Notes: a model not told the origin generated them from the letters alone. Positions 47,759 through 59,756 are shown, numbered from the stretch's first letter. The stretch is 64,000 nt of DNA from Candidatus Woesearchaeota archaeon (GCA_018302815.1 JAGVZE010000015.1:2328-66327), one strand, 5' to 3'. Translations and numbers: made by a program.

Positions 47759-48256
47759 CTATTTCAGAATAACCGCGTTCGTCATACCCCGACGACGCCT
47801 CTCGATAATTCCTTTCGCTTCAAGCTTGTCAAGAATACGCGTAACTTTAACCTTTGATAAACCCGTCTTTTCCACAAGCTCATTTTGGAAAATCATGCCA
47901 TCTGCCTTGGCTATGAGATCAAACATGGTTGATTCTTCAGAGCCCAAACCCTTTGCTGCCTTTCGTGCTTTACTTACTGCCTTTTCCTCGGGACTTTTTT
48001 TAAGAAACAAGACAAGACCAAACGTGAACAAAGCGATATCCGCGAACAAACCCGCATATTTAAGTGAGGCCAACGTGTTCAACTGAACAAACGGACAGGA
48101 TCTTCCATCATCATGCGTACATTCGCCTGAAGGCCCCACTTCATGACCCTCAAGAAGCGCCTGCTCGGCAGCACTCGCATAGGCAAAACCCAGTACGAAT
48201 AGAACAATAGCAGCAAACATAATGCCGATTCCGATGGCTTGATTGAATTTCATCAT
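47759..48256 (-). CDS. Membrane-anchored winged-helix regulator (COG2512-like)
   Basis: 2 TM flanking loop HEVGPSGECTHDDGRSCP; C-terminal IFQNELVEKTGLSKVKVTRILDKLEAKGIIERRRRGMTN. Confidence 0.85.
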   Translation of the reverse strand: MMKFNQAIGIGIMFAAIVLFVLGFAYASAAEQALLEGHEVGPSGECTHDDGRSCPFVQLNTLASLKYAGLFADIALFTFGLVLFLKKSPEEKAVSKARKAAKGLGSEESTMFDLIAKADGMIFQNELVEKTGLSKVKVTRILDKLEAKGIIERRRRGMTNAVILK

Positions 48257-48339
48257 ACTATTATAAAAAAAGAGAGTATTTAAATATTTACGTTCGCACT
48301 GGAAAATCATGAATTGCCTTGTTCTAAATCAGGGCAAAC

Positions 48340-48909
48340 TTGGAAAATGAGGTGAGTTCATATGGAAAAAACAACAAACTGGGCTTTCTTGATTTCGGCA
48401 TAATTGGACGCCTTCCAAAAGATACGCGCAAGAAGCTTTTACTAATTTTAAGCCATCTTGTGCGCAAAGAATTCGATGAGGCCATCAAGCACACATTAGA
48501 AATAGCGCAGATTTGCGCAGAATCTGACATTCAAGGGTATGAAAGCAAGCTATACGGTATCTTCACTTCTTGGTACGGTTCACAGCTCAAAGAAGGAACG
48601 CTCACAAGAGCGTTCTTCAACGCCATTGCACAAGGAATCCACCATAAAGTATATTTCGCATCTGACTTAGTTCTTTTCTCAAAAATGCTTGTAACAACAG
48701 AATCAGTCGGAGCGCTTCTTAATCCGGATTTTGACATCAGCGTTGACGCAAGACCGTTCATCGAAGAAACTATGAGAGCGGAAATGAGCCCCATCAAATT
48801 CATCAAAGGATTCATCAGGAACGCATTAGAACATGGAGAATTCATCGAGGAATTGCCAACACATATAATCAAACTAATAAAGAAAATTGAAGAACACGAA
48901 CATTTCTAG
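48340..48909 (+). pseudogene. C-terminal fragment of an ABC1/UbiB/AarF kinase
   Basis: LGFLDFGIIGRL and the downstream helical region are present; N-lobe and HxDPHPGN loop are absent. Confidence 0.65.
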
Positions 48910-48916
48910 GTCAGAC

Positions 48917-49531
48917 TTATGCAACGACTTTCGGTTTTGTCTTTGAAATTTCTGCCGCGCCAGAACCTTTCTTAGCTTCGCGCATGACTACATTCCTGCC
49001 CTTGACTTTGGTCGCTGCATCTTCAACGATAATCGAGCAGTGGCACGGAACTTTGTGAGACGCTTTCTTTAGCGCCTGTCTTGCAAGAGCGATATGCTCT
49101 TTAGTTGTCTTGATTGTAAAAATAGGCTGACCCTTCTTGACTTGCGCCGCAAGACCTATTGGCTTACCATAATTGTGAGCCATACCAGTAGACAAACGGT
49201 CCGCACCAGCGCCTGACGCGAGCGGGTTCTCACGAACGATATGATGAGGATACAAACGCATTTGCATAAAATAACCGGCTTTTCCAAGAACTTTCTCGAG
49301 CGTACGGTTAGACGTCTGACGAGCGCTCTCAAGCGAAGCGTCACGAATCTGCAAAGTGTCACCTGCTATCAAGTGGACACTAAGAGGATATTGAGCCTGA
49401 GAACCACCCGCATAACGGGAAATGCGAACCTGAGGACGGGCACGAATGTAACAGAGCTTTTTATATTTCGAGAAGCGAGTATACGCCCTTTTTATACCCC
49501 TGTAACACTTCCAATTACGAAGCTTCGCCAT
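48917..49531 (-). CDS. rpl10e: 50S ribosomal protein uL16 (L10e)
   Basis: QIRDASLESARQ, YPHHIVREN, GAGADRLSTGM, GKPIG. Confidence 0.95.
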   Translation of the reverse strand: MAKLRNWKCYRGIKRAYTRFSKYKKLCYIRARPQVRISRYAGGSQAQYPLSVHLIAGDTLQIRDASLESARQTSNRTLEKVLGKAGYFMQMRLYPHHIVRENPLASGAGADRLSTGMAHNYGKPIGLAAQVKKGQPIFTIKTTKEHIALARQALKKASHKVPCHCSIIVEDAATKVKGRNVVMREAKKGSGAAEISKTKPKVVA

Positions 49532-49567
49532 GACTCAACGCTGGAGATTGGTCCTTTATAAAGCTTC

Positions 49568-52500
49568 CTATTTGCGTCGCGTTCTTGTTCTTGCGGCGTT
49601 TTCCTGCCATTGCCGCAATCTCTTATCAACCCTCGCTAAGTCCTTTTTAATAGCTAGAAGATCCACGTCTTTTTTGTTCGAGCCTTTTTTACGCCTCGCT
49701 CGAATAAATAAGCCAATCAGTCCCATAATTGCAACGAGAGCCAAAAGTTCAGATGATGCGATTTCCCAAAGACCTGCAGTTATAGAGCCAAGATTGCCCT
49801 GCACTTGTCCTGCCGCAACCGAAAGTCCAGTTGGGTTTTCAACAGTAGCTAGGAATCCTGCCGCCAAGGTTATGATTGTTATGGCCAGCGCATTCAATGT
49901 TTTACGCGCAATAGGTTTGTCCAGTTTTCGCAGCTCTATGATGACCATTCCATCAGCTATTTGTTTCACTTTGACAGTCATATCGTCCTTGCCATCATTG
50001 TCTGCGTCGATGAACGCCCATCGTTTTGGCATCAATCGCAGTTGTTTACCAGAAACGCTAAATGTGGCGCAGTTCTTTGCCACTCGCTCGATGTGTAGTT
50101 CGGTTCGAACATCATTTACCGTGAACAGCACGCGGTCTTTAACACGAAGCGCAACAGTAGTCATAACGCTTCCTGCAAGGCGGAATGTTCGAGCTCTGTG
50201 CCGCGTAGATACCTTTTCGTCTTTCTTGCGATTGTATGCCAAGTAATACGCGATGAACAGGATAACTGCCAAAACAATGAGTGAACTCCAACCACTGCCA
50301 AATCCGTTCTCCTGATCCGAAGTTTTCCTATCTAACGCGCGGCCCACCATCTCTCCTATGTCTTTATTCAACGCTCCGGCCGGAGTTTCTCTGTTTAGCA
50401 CATTGGTTGCCTTAACATCATCCGCACTGTTTTTATTCGTGAAGAATCCTGCAGAGTCAGATTTTGTCAGTTCGAGGAGCAGCGATGCTTTCGCCTTTTC
50501 CACGCCAAGCAAAGTCACTTTCAAATCGCGCAAACCATCCGCGTTCAAGTCAACATCAATAGTCTGTCCAGGATATATCGCGAATTCCTGCAATGGATCC
50601 TTGGTTCTGAACCAGACAGGAAGAACTGATGATTCTAGCATTATCAATGAGAATTCTTGCTCGGGAGTCCTAATAATCACCTTATCGAGTTTGCCAAGAT
50701 AGGGCGTTGTGAAATTACCTGCGCTCATGCTGTACGTTTTCGCCTGTCCGCCTGCGCCACCGCCCCCTCCGCCCCCACCAGAACGTCCAGAGCCTGCTGA
50801 AGCGCCCTGTTGGACTGAGAACGCGCTAAATGCGTTAGTTTGGATTGTGAACGTGTCAGCACTTTTGTTTTGTACTGCTGCGTGAGAACTCCATGTTCCT
50901 TCGCACGTTCGCGTTGTGAAATTCCAATTCGCACATTTAACTATGCTTAGCAAATCTTCATTCGTGTAACCAGAACCGGCATAACTTATCACCAGTTCTG
51001 CTGACGTGAAATTGTACGTGCTGTTGAAACCATACGTTATTAGGAAATCTTCAACGGAAGTAAGGTCGACCCCGAGAGTATCATTGTCAAATATCGATAG
51101 GTTGATAGAGTTCAATCTTGTGAGGAGTGCCCCTCCAAACTGAGTGTAGAATAAATCGTATACTATATCAGAAATCTCTTCAGTTGTAGTTCCGTTGAAA
51201 ATCTGCAAGTCTATTCTAGTATTTGTGCTGGCCAGGAATACAGTTAAGTTTGATTCAATCCCATTAAGAGTGCTGTTAACGACATTGAAAGTAATATTCC
51301 TTCTCAAAGTACCTGCGAAGAACAGGTCAATCACAGGAACCACTCCTAGCGTTCCGTTTACCCAGTATGTGATGTTGTGCCGGCCAGGAATCACCACGGT
51401 GTACGCAGTCGGAGATGGAAGAACAATTATTGTTCCATTGGGCAAAGTAATGTTAACGAGCACCGGAACGCCATTTGCGGTCCCGTTAAGCGACACGTTT
51501 TGCCCTACAATAGGATCGTATGGGCTCGTCGTAGCGTTAATAATTGGAACACCACCTATCACGGTGATATTCGCAACGTGCGTGACATTGCTGTTGCCGG
51601 CACTATCATTTATCGTCATGTTAAGCGTATAATTTCCGGGAGTGAGATTCGCAGGAATAGTGAAATTTATCGGCAGCTGCGAACTGCTGTTAATCGTAAT
51701 CGGACCCTGAACCACCGTAACATTTCCTGAGCTGTTGTATAGAATGAATGTTATGTTTATCGGGAACTCACTGCTAGTGAAGTTCACTGAAACATTCTCT
51801 TCAGACTGGTTGTTGATTATTGGTGATTGAGGACTTGTCGTGACATTCGTAATGTTTGGAGGCGCATTCTCTGAAACGTTAAACGAGGTCTGCGTGTCGT
51901 TCACATTCCCGCTCGTGTCATTTGCTATGAATGTGACGTTATATTGCCCTGATAGGTTAGGAATCAGGAACGAAGCATTATACTTGCTCCCGGCCGCAAA
52001 TGAAAGGTTGATTATCTGAGTCGTGCCATTCGGAAACGTTATATTGGCAACAACTTTGTCAACCGCAACATTATCAGTCACATTCACGCTTATCTCAATC
52101 GTCTGGCTCTTGTTGAACGTAGCATTCGGCCGCGGGTCAAAAATGAGCGGAGGCATGATGTCAACAACTGTTATGTTCGCGACGTGAACCTCCACATTGT
52201 TGCCATTCGAATCGTTCACAGTCATATTGAGCGTGTAATTCCCAATGCTCAGGTTCGCAGGAATTGTGAAGTTAATAGGCAGGTCTGAACTGCTGTTCAC
52301 CTGCGTTGGGCCCTGAACAACGATAACGCTTCCAGTGCTATTGTACAATATGAAAGTCACATTAATCGGGAACTCACTGCTCGTGAAGTTCACCGAGACA
52401 TTTTGCTCAGACTGATTGTTCGTTATCGGCGAAGCAGGACTTGTCGTAATGTTTGTGTGCGGAACCGCAAAAGACGCGTTATATTTGTTTCCAACGGCAA

Positions 52501-54141
52501 GCGACAAGTTGACAATCATGCTCGTACCATTCGGGAATGTTATGTTCGCGCGCACTGAATTCACGCCAATGTTGTCAGTCACGTTCGCAGCTATCTCAAT
52601 CGTCTGGCTCGTGTTGAATGTCGAATTCGCAGAAGGACGGACATCGAAAACGAGCGGCGCACTTATGTCTGTCACGTCAAAGAAACCCGTCTCAGTATTG
52701 TTTGAATTGCCCGTCGTGTCGTTCGCCAAAATCCTGAACGTATATGTTCCGTTTAGCTCTGGAGTCGTGAAATTCGCGCTGTACTTGGTCCCATTTTCCA
52801 AAAACAGCTGGATGAGCTGGAACGTGCCGTTGGGGAAGCTGACATTAACAAAGACCGAACCTATGCCAATATTATCAGTCACATTCGCCGACAAGGTTAT
52901 GTTCTGATTCGTGGCAAAATTCGTGCCGTTCATCGGCTGCAAGTCAATAACCTGCGGAGGCTCGCCGTCAGCAGACACGAAAAATGTAGTTTGCGTATTG
53001 TTGAGATTGCCGCTTGTATCGTTCGCGATGAATGTGATGTTGTATTGCCCTGTGAGGTTTGGCACGGTGAATGACGCGTTGTACTTGTTTCCTGCGGCAA
53101 GCGTTAAGTTGATTATTTGGGAGGTTCCGTTGGGGAATGTTATGTTCGCGCGCACAGTGCTTACCTGCACGTTGTCTGTCACGTTCGCTGATATCTCTAT
53201 CGTATCGCTCGTGTTGAATGAGGAGTTTTGCGCTGGGCGAACATCGAAAACGAGCGGAGGAGTGATGTCTATTACTGTTATGTTTGCGACGTGAACCTCC
53301 ACATTGTTGCCGTTCGAATCGTTCACAGTCATATTGAGCGTGTAATTCCCAATGTTCAGGTTCGCAGGAATTGTGAAGTTAATAGGCAGGTCTGAACTGC
53401 TGTTCACCTGCGTTGGGCCCTGAACAACGATAACGCTTCCTGTGCTATTGTACAATATGAAAGTCACATTGATCGGGAACTCATCGCTTGTGAAATTCAC
53501 AGTCACATTCTGAACACTTTGATTGTTAGTTATGGGCGAACCAGGACTTGTTGTAACATTTGTGATATTCGGAGCCCTAAAGTCGCTTGCGACAAAGAAC
53601 GAGGTAGTAGAACCGTTAATGTTTCCGCTGGTGTCGTTTGCGATGAATGTGATGTTGTATTGACCTGTTAGGTTTGGTATGCTGAATGATGAGTTGTACT
53701 TGTTTCCTGTTGTGATCGTCAGGTTTATGAGTTGTGATGTGCCATTGGGGAATGTGATGTTCGCCTGGACAACTCCAACTTGAACGTTGTCGGTCACGTT
53801 CGCAGATATCTCAATAGTGTCGCTCGTGTTGAATGTCGAGTTCGCAGAAGGGCGGACATCGAATACGAGCGGAGGAGTAATGTCGATGACCGTGATGTTC
53901 GCAACGTGCGTCTCAATGCTGTTGCCATTCGAATCATTCACAGTCATATTCAAGACGTAAGTTCCAATGCTAAGATTCGCAGGAATGGTGAAGTTTATCG
54001 GCAACTGTCCGCTGCTGTTGATTTGCGTTGGGCCCTGCACTACGATGACTGCTCCAGTACTGTTATAAAGAATGAACGTAACATTAATCGGGAACTCACT
54101 GCTCGTGAAGTTCACCGAGACATTTTGCTCAGACTGATTGT
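49568..54141 (-). CDS. Giant surface glycoprotein, C-terminal part (Ig-like repeats, Gly linker, TM segments)
   Basis: Repeats PPLVFDVRP..TIEISANVTDN..ANITFPNGT..FIANDT alternating with NFTSSEFPINVTFILYNS; CANWNFTTRTC; GGGGGGG. Confidence 0.8.
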
Positions 54142-54217
54142 TCGTTATCGGCGAAGCAGGACTTGTCGTAATGTTTGTGTCGTTATCGGCGAAGCAGGAC
54201 TTGTCGTAATGTTTGTG
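54142..54217. repeat. 38-bp perfect tandem duplication causing a frameshift
   Basis: TCGTTATCGGCGAAGCAGGACTTGTCGTAATGTTTGTG twice (54142-54179, 54180-54217). Confidence 0.95.
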
Positions 54218-57200
54218 ACATTCGGCGCAGAAACATCCTGCGCGATAACTGTGAAATTCGCGCTCAGGAACGTCTGCTTCGGGAATGTTATCGTCTTTGC
54301 AGTTCTGTTCACCACGCTCTCATTAGTTATGTTGAAAGTTCCTGTCGAATTCGTGATAGCCACAAAGAATACGAAATCGCTGTCATTGCCCGGTATGTAC
54401 GCGGAATAATCCGTGAAAACAGTCACGTTCTCGATTCGCACGTTTGCAGTGAATATGGTGAACACGCTGATGTCCCATCGTTTCAATCCTGTGGTGTTTA
54501 CCGCCAAAAGCTCGTCATCACGCAGAGCATCCTTGTGCCTAACTTCAGCAGTTTCATTCACTATGGTGAATGGCGGCACAACTTCAGTGTCATACACTAT
54601 AACATCGTCAGTTAGGACTGTCACAAGCTCAGGAGCTCCAAGCGACGCGTTATCAGTCGCCCATAACTGGCCTGTTGAATTATAAACACGCACTGTGTTG
54701 TTAATCACGCTTGGCTTGTATTGAGAGAGAGTCTCCAAAACGTTGAAATATCTAAGGAAAAGCGACGTATTCAACGAATTATTCAGCTGAGCGGTGTGAT
54801 TTATTGTAATGTTCAGCGTGCTTTGCGGCCCCATGGTGTAGTTTGGCTCTGACTGCCTAAACGCAATCTGCGTCGCTGTGATCTGCGATGGCTGGGCGTG
54901 GAATACTTCAATGCTTGCCGGCTCATCCGAATAGTTATAGAATAATGTCACGTTGATTGTAGTGTTCGACAAAAGGAGCGGCGAGGCGCTGCACCTGACG
55001 CTTAGCGCAAGGAAATTGTTCTGGTCTATCGTGGCTCCATTTATTGAGACGTTCTGCTCGATCACGCTCGGAGAGGTTGAAGCGGTTGAATTTCCGCAGG
55101 ACTCAAAAATATTCTCCAAATTCGTGTTGAGAATGTGGAAGCATAACTGCGGATCGCACGTGTCGTTTTGTGAAACAGACAAATTCAGCCTCAATGCCGC
55201 GTTTCCAAGGAAAGTGTAAACCCTCAGGAAGCTGCAGTTCACATCAGTGTTTGAGCCGCAGAAGAAAAAGTCCGCCAGCGAAACATTCGTCGCGTTCGGC
55301 GAGAGAGCGACTTCAAATGAACGATTCAGCACAGTCGAAGTGTTAGGCTCATCTTTAGATAACCACGTGGTAGAGTTCGATATATTGCTCCCATCGCCTC
55401 CGAAAAGAATGTTGCGCGTCTCTATCAGGTAATTGAGCCAGATGATATTCGCGCTTGTCGAGTTCGTCGCATTTGAATAACTCGCGTCAGAGCACGTTGC
55501 AGTGAAGCTCGTGTTCGCAAATTCTCTGAACGTGTCCAGCGAGCCAGTATAGTTGCCTGTGCTCGCGTTGAACGTCAGCGCAGTTGTGATTGCGGTGTTA
55601 TTTGAAACTACTGAACACGTTCCTGTGCTTATCGAACTATTAGTCAAAACGTCAAAGAAGCGAACCTGGAACGGTATGTAAAATTTGATGCCAAAGTCAG
55701 GATTCTCCTCTGCGGTCGCGGCAGTTCCTTGCAGATACGTCGTCTGATTAATTGAAATCGCAAGCGCGCTCAATCCGGTCACGGTAAAGTTTGTCTGCGC
55801 AGTGTTATTGACATTTCCGAACGTGTCATTCGCTATGAACGTCACATTGTACGTTCCGGCGATGGAGGGAATGACAAAAGAGGCGTTGAAATACGAACCG
55901 CTCAAATTCGTAAGGTTCACAACGTAAATTGTTCCATTCGGGAATGTGATGTTCGCGGTGACGTTTTCTATCGCGTAGTTATCGGTAACATTGGCAGCTA
56001 TCTCTATTGTGCTTGCGGCGGAAAATGACGAATTCACCGCAGGACTTATCGCAGTCACTTGAGGGTAAATCAAGTCAACAACATTGAACGTCCTTGAAGT
56101 CACAAGAGAATTATCGGATGAATCGTAAACAAATATCGTCCAAGTGCCAAGATTATGCGATATGTTCGTCGCGAGCTCATCATCAACAGTCCCGTTAACA
56201 TCCACTGAAATGTTCGCGCTAGTCCTTGTTTGATTCACACCATCGAACCACACAAAGAAAATACTCGATATACCCTGCAAGTTGAATGAGCGAGCGTAAA
56301 TCGTGCTGAAAATCTCAAAAGACTCGGAAAGTGTGGTTCGCGCGGAATCATTGAAGACCGAAACACCGCGCGGAGTAGTGTTTATAGTGATATTGCGAGA
56401 AATGGCAGAATCCACTGATGAATTCGCGAACACACGGGTGAATTCATTATCGCTCAAGGTAACATTGTTCGGAACATCAATACGCACATACAACGTGCTT
56501 TTGCCGCCGAATGGAGCTAATGATCCAACGTCCACAACCGTGTCGCCATCAGTGTCGGTGAGCGCGACAAAATCATCATTAACAAATGTCGCGTTCCAGC
56601 CTTCTATTTGATTGAAGCTGAAATCTATTGCGTCGGACTGATTTCCATTATTTGTGACATTCAATTGGAAATAATTCCTTGTGCCTGCAGTTACTGATGT
56701 GGTGTAGTTTTGGACAAGGATCAATCTATCAAGAATGGTCGTGGTCATCGTGGCATTCGTGAAAATAGCAGAATTGACTGAAGAATTCAATCTGATCGTA
56801 GTGGTATCATTTGTGCCTATGCTTGTTCCCCCTGGGACTTGGATGCGAACAATGATATTTTTTGAATCACCAAAAGTCATGCTGCCAGTGTCTATACTTC
56901 CATCACTGTTCGTGTCAGTTAGTAGAGTGCCGTTCGCGAAAAGAACGGTGATGGTCCAGTTATTGGCGGATGTCGTGTTCACATTCAAAATATCGCTGAA
57001 CGCCTGGAAATTGTACACGGTGAAATTGAATGATACGCTAAGGCCCGCTGAGCCGTTAGCGGACTGATTTTTTGGACTGATGGCGATATCGCTGCTAACT
57101 GTCGTAATATCAGTCACGGTTTTGTTATCTCCGCTTGAAGCGGCAGTGATGTTTCTTGTATCAACAGTACCAGTAGTTGCTGAAACTGGGACATTTAGTC

Positions 57201-59601
57201 GCACTATGAGTGTCGTGAAATTGTCAGCGCCCAAATTCAGATTCGGCCGGCCGTTAGCATCGCTATCCGTGATGATTGATTCATTCGCAAAAGGATAGAA
57301 AAACGTCGCATTCCACGTTTGCGTGGAGGAGTTCATCAATTGAACAACTGTTTGATTATTTCCGCAGTTCATCAAGTCATGCGCGTAAAACACAGTGGTC
57401 CCGTTCCTAACCGCTTTCGCCTGATCTGGCCTGAACAAAAGGAACGAGCTTGACGCAACAAGAACCCCGCCCACGTTATCCTGCAATTGGGTTGGAAGAT
57501 TCGTTCCAGAGCCCTGTCCAACAGCAGCTTTGAAGTTGAGAGGTGAAGGACCTGAGAAACCCAAACTGCTCCAGGGAATTCGTCCTTCGAGTTCAGTTCC
57601 TGCAAGAGAACCTCCAGTTATGCCGCTTTCGACTGTTGTGTTGAGCGCGATTCCTCCAGGCATATCAAATCCATCACCAAGCATAGGATCAGATGTATTT
57701 GCAGGCAAATAATTGTACACATCAGAATCGTAATTTCGCGTTGAACCGCTCCAGACGAATTTCGCCACTCTGTCGGTCGCACTCATCGCGGCATCGAGAT
57801 TCTTGTCCACGTAGACTATGGCGGAAATTTGATTCCTTCCGAATGCTAAACGACCGAAATAAAAGTACAAGTTTGTGTTATCATACGTGTACGCGAATTT
57901 GGTCATATCCCTATCAGACGTTCCGGGCACGTCAGGATCGCCCTGAAGCAATGTAAGATCAGTCACAAAATTATTCGGATTTGTAAGAACGCCATCCCAA
58001 TCGGTCAGTACACCATTTATAGTTATATTCGCGGTCGTCACTGATCCTGCAGACCCGCTAATTTCAGAACAAGAAGGGACTATGCTGTCAATCACTGATA
58101 AAGTGGTTGAGCTAGTACTATTGGATCCGCTTGTATCATTGAAGTGTAAAGTGTAATTCCAAAGCCCCAAGAAAAACGTATTTGGAGTTATCACTATATC
58201 CTGCCCCGAAGTCCACGATCTTGGACCATCAAAAACAGTGCCATTTCTGGTCACCGTGTACGTTCCGCCTGTTCCATTAAGCTGCCAGCGAATCGAGGCA
58301 TCACTTCCAATCTCCACTGTCTGATTCGCAGGACTTGAAGATCCTAGCGATTGAGATGAATATGACACATTGAAAAAGAAAACGTCCCATTCAATATCCT
58401 TGTTTCCTCCGACAGTACGCTGAAGCTCCGCGTACGCCTGAGAATCATTATTGCCTGATCCGAAGAAGTTCGCGCAAGTCCAACTTTTTGAAGCAGTCAC
58501 GTTTTGGCATACAATTCCCGGATTCGCAGAAACACCAGGACAAGTGGTGTTCACCGCGGTGAAATTAGTTCCATTCTGATTACTGACTGCGATAGTGCAG
58601 TTCACAGGAGAAAGACCGGTAGCTCCCCACCATTCAATACAAAGCGATACGCTTTGAATGGACTGGCAATCAGCAATGCTTGAGTTGCGCTGAACAAATC
58701 TTACTCCGCCGAAAGCGTTCGCGTTGCTTGCCTGATGAATCTCAGTCAAACCATCATTGCAGCGCAGCAAATCAGCTCCCGCCCCGCAAGCGGCTGAAGG
58801 ATAAACACCATCACACGCAGTCGACCAAGCATTCGAAGCCACCAAGTCCTCTGCGACGCACGTCGTGATGCTTTCGGCAAAACCGGGATCGTCAGCCGTC
58901 AAAATAAACGAGTATTCTTCGCCCGGTACGATGTCCATCAATTTCACCCATTCGCCCAAGCAACTTTGAGAAGCAAAATCCCACTCCTTGCATTTGTGAA
59001 GAACAGTTCCCTTCGCCAACGCAGTCACAATTCCACTGCTAAAATTCAGAGAAGTCGGATTTATAGCGTACACTTCTTTGAATCGAGCTAATTCGCCTGT
59101 TTCTTGAACATCGTCAATGCCAATAACATCATTCTCTTCGCTTGTCAAGAACGCATCATACAATTCAATTTTTTGAATGGACATTCTTTGCGGCTCTAAA
59201 ACGACATCATATATTCCGCTTTGGACGCTACGAGCGCTTCGCGAAACGCGCACGTTTCCTAGGATGGCTTCTTGCCTGCTATTTTTCATCGTAAGCAAAG
59301 GCGTATCGGGCTTCGGATTTGTTTCGCTCGCGGCAGTAGAAAGAGCAGTAAGATCGTCGATAGAGCATTTTTCGCATTGAATGTCAACAGACTCGTTCAA
59401 ATCAGCGATTGTTTGACCGGTAATAGTATCAAAGTTTGATATTGCGACAAGACTGCCTATGAATAATATTGCAAGAAGTAAAACATGAGTGAACTTGAAT
59501 CGTTTTTTAGAATAATCACTAGCTTGAGATACTCTCGCGTCTCTTTTTTCATAAACATACTGATTAGTATGCTCGTCCATATACTCTTTTTGATGCGCCA
59601 C
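54145..59601 (-). CDS. Giant surface glycoprotein, N-terminal part
   Basis: N-terminal TM, CKEWDFASQSC motif, Cys-rich domain, Dx(D/N)xDG-like loops, dense N-x-S/T sequons. Confidence 0.8.
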   Translation of the reverse strand: MAHQKEYMDEHTNQYVYEKRDARVSQASDYSKKRFKFTHVLLLAILFIGSLVAISNFDTITGQTIADLNESVDIQCEKCSIDDLTALSTAASETNPKPDTPLLTMKNSRQEAILGNVRVSRSARSVQSGIYDVVLEPQRMSIQKIELYDAFLTSEENDVIGIDDVQETGELARFKEVYAINPTSLNFSSGIVTALAKGTVLHKCKEWDFASQSCLGEWVKLMDIVPGEEYSFILTADDPGFAESITTCVAEDLVASNAWSTACDGVYPSAACGAGADLLRCNDGLTEIHQASNANAFGGVRFVQRNSSIADCQSIQSVSLCIEWWGATGLSPVNCTIAVSNQNGTNFTAVNTTCPGVSANPGIVCQNVTASKSWTCANFFGSGNNDSQAYAELQRTVGGNKDIEWDVFFFNVSYSSQSLGSSSPANQTVEIGSDASIRWQLNGTGGTYTVTRNGTVFDGPRSWTSGQDIVITPNTFFLGLWNYTLHFNDTSGSNSTSSTTLSVIDSIVPSCSEISGSAGSVTTANITINGVLTDWDGVLTNPNNFVTDLTLLQGDPDVPGTSDRDMTKFAYTYDNTNLYFYFGRLAFGRNQISAIVYVDKNLDAAMSATDRVAKFVWSGSTRNYDSDVYNYLPANTSDPMLGDGFDMPGGIALNTTVESGITGGSLAGTELEGRIPWSSLGFSGPSPLNFKAAVGQGSGTNLPTQLQDNVGGVLVASSSFLLFRPDQAKAVRNGTTVFYAHDLMNCGNNQTVVQLMNSSTQTWNATFFYPFANESIITDSDANGRPNLNLGADNFTTLIVRLNVPVSATTGTVDTRNITAASSGDNKTVTDITTVSSDIAISPKNQSANGSAGLSVSFNFTVYNFQAFSDILNVNTTSANNWTITVLFANGTLLTDTNSDGSIDTGSMTFGDSKNIIVRIQVPGGTSIGTNDTTTIRLNSSVNSAIFTNATMTTTILDRLILVQNYTTSVTAGTRNYFQLNVTNNGNQSDAIDFSFNQIEGWNATFVNDDFVALTDTDGDTVVDVGSLAPFGGKSTLYVRIDVPNNVTLSDNEFTRVFANSSVDSAISRNITINTTPRGVSVFNDSARTTLSESFEIFSTIYARSFNLQGISSIFFVWFDGVNQTRTSANISVDVNGTVDDELATNISHNLGTWTIFVYDSSDNSLVTSRTFNVVDLIYPQVTAISPAVNSSFSAASTIEIAANVTDNYAIENVTANITFPNGTIYVVNLTNLSGSYFNASFVIPSIAGTYNVTFIANDTFGNVNNTAQTNFTVTGLSALAISINQTTYLQGTAATAEENPDFGIKFYIPFQVRFFDVLTNSSISTGTCSVVSNNTAITTALTFNASTGNYTGSLDTFREFANTSFTATCSDASYSNATNSTSANIIWLNYLIETRNILFGGDGSNISNSTTWLSKDEPNTSTVLNRSFEVALSPNATNVSLADFFFCGSNTDVNCSFLRVYTFLGNAALRLNLSVSQNDTCDPQLCFHILNTNLENIFESCGNSTASTSPSVIEQNVSINGATIDQNNFLALSVRCSASPLLLSNTTINVTLFYNYSDEPASIEVFHAQPSQITATQIAFRQSEPNYTMGPQSTLNITINHTAQLNNSLNTSLFLRYFNVLETLSQYKPSVINNTVRVYNSTGQLWATDNASLGAPELVTVLTDDVIVYDTEVVPPFTIVNETAEVRHKDALRDDELLAVNTTGLKRWDISVFTIFTANVRIENVTVFTDYSAYIPGNDSDFVFFVAITNSTGTFNITNESVVNRTAKTITFPKQTFLSANFTVIAQDVSAPNVTNITTSPASPITTQTLRQVLLRR

Positions 59602-59756
59602 TATGTACTACGCATTTACCCGTATACCCCCTTTTTAGTGCGTTAAATGTATTATTCCTTTATAAATTGTTGTGCTTGCGCGTACAACTTCAGAATTCAA
59701 CGTACTGGTTATTTAGCCGTTAACATTTGTTTATATCTTCACGTAGCATCTCTTTC

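Noticed and set aside
51800..54220. DGR template/variable repeat pair among surface-protein repeats
   Set aside because: Differences between copies look mostly synonymous and not adenine-specific, and no reverse transcriptase is present.
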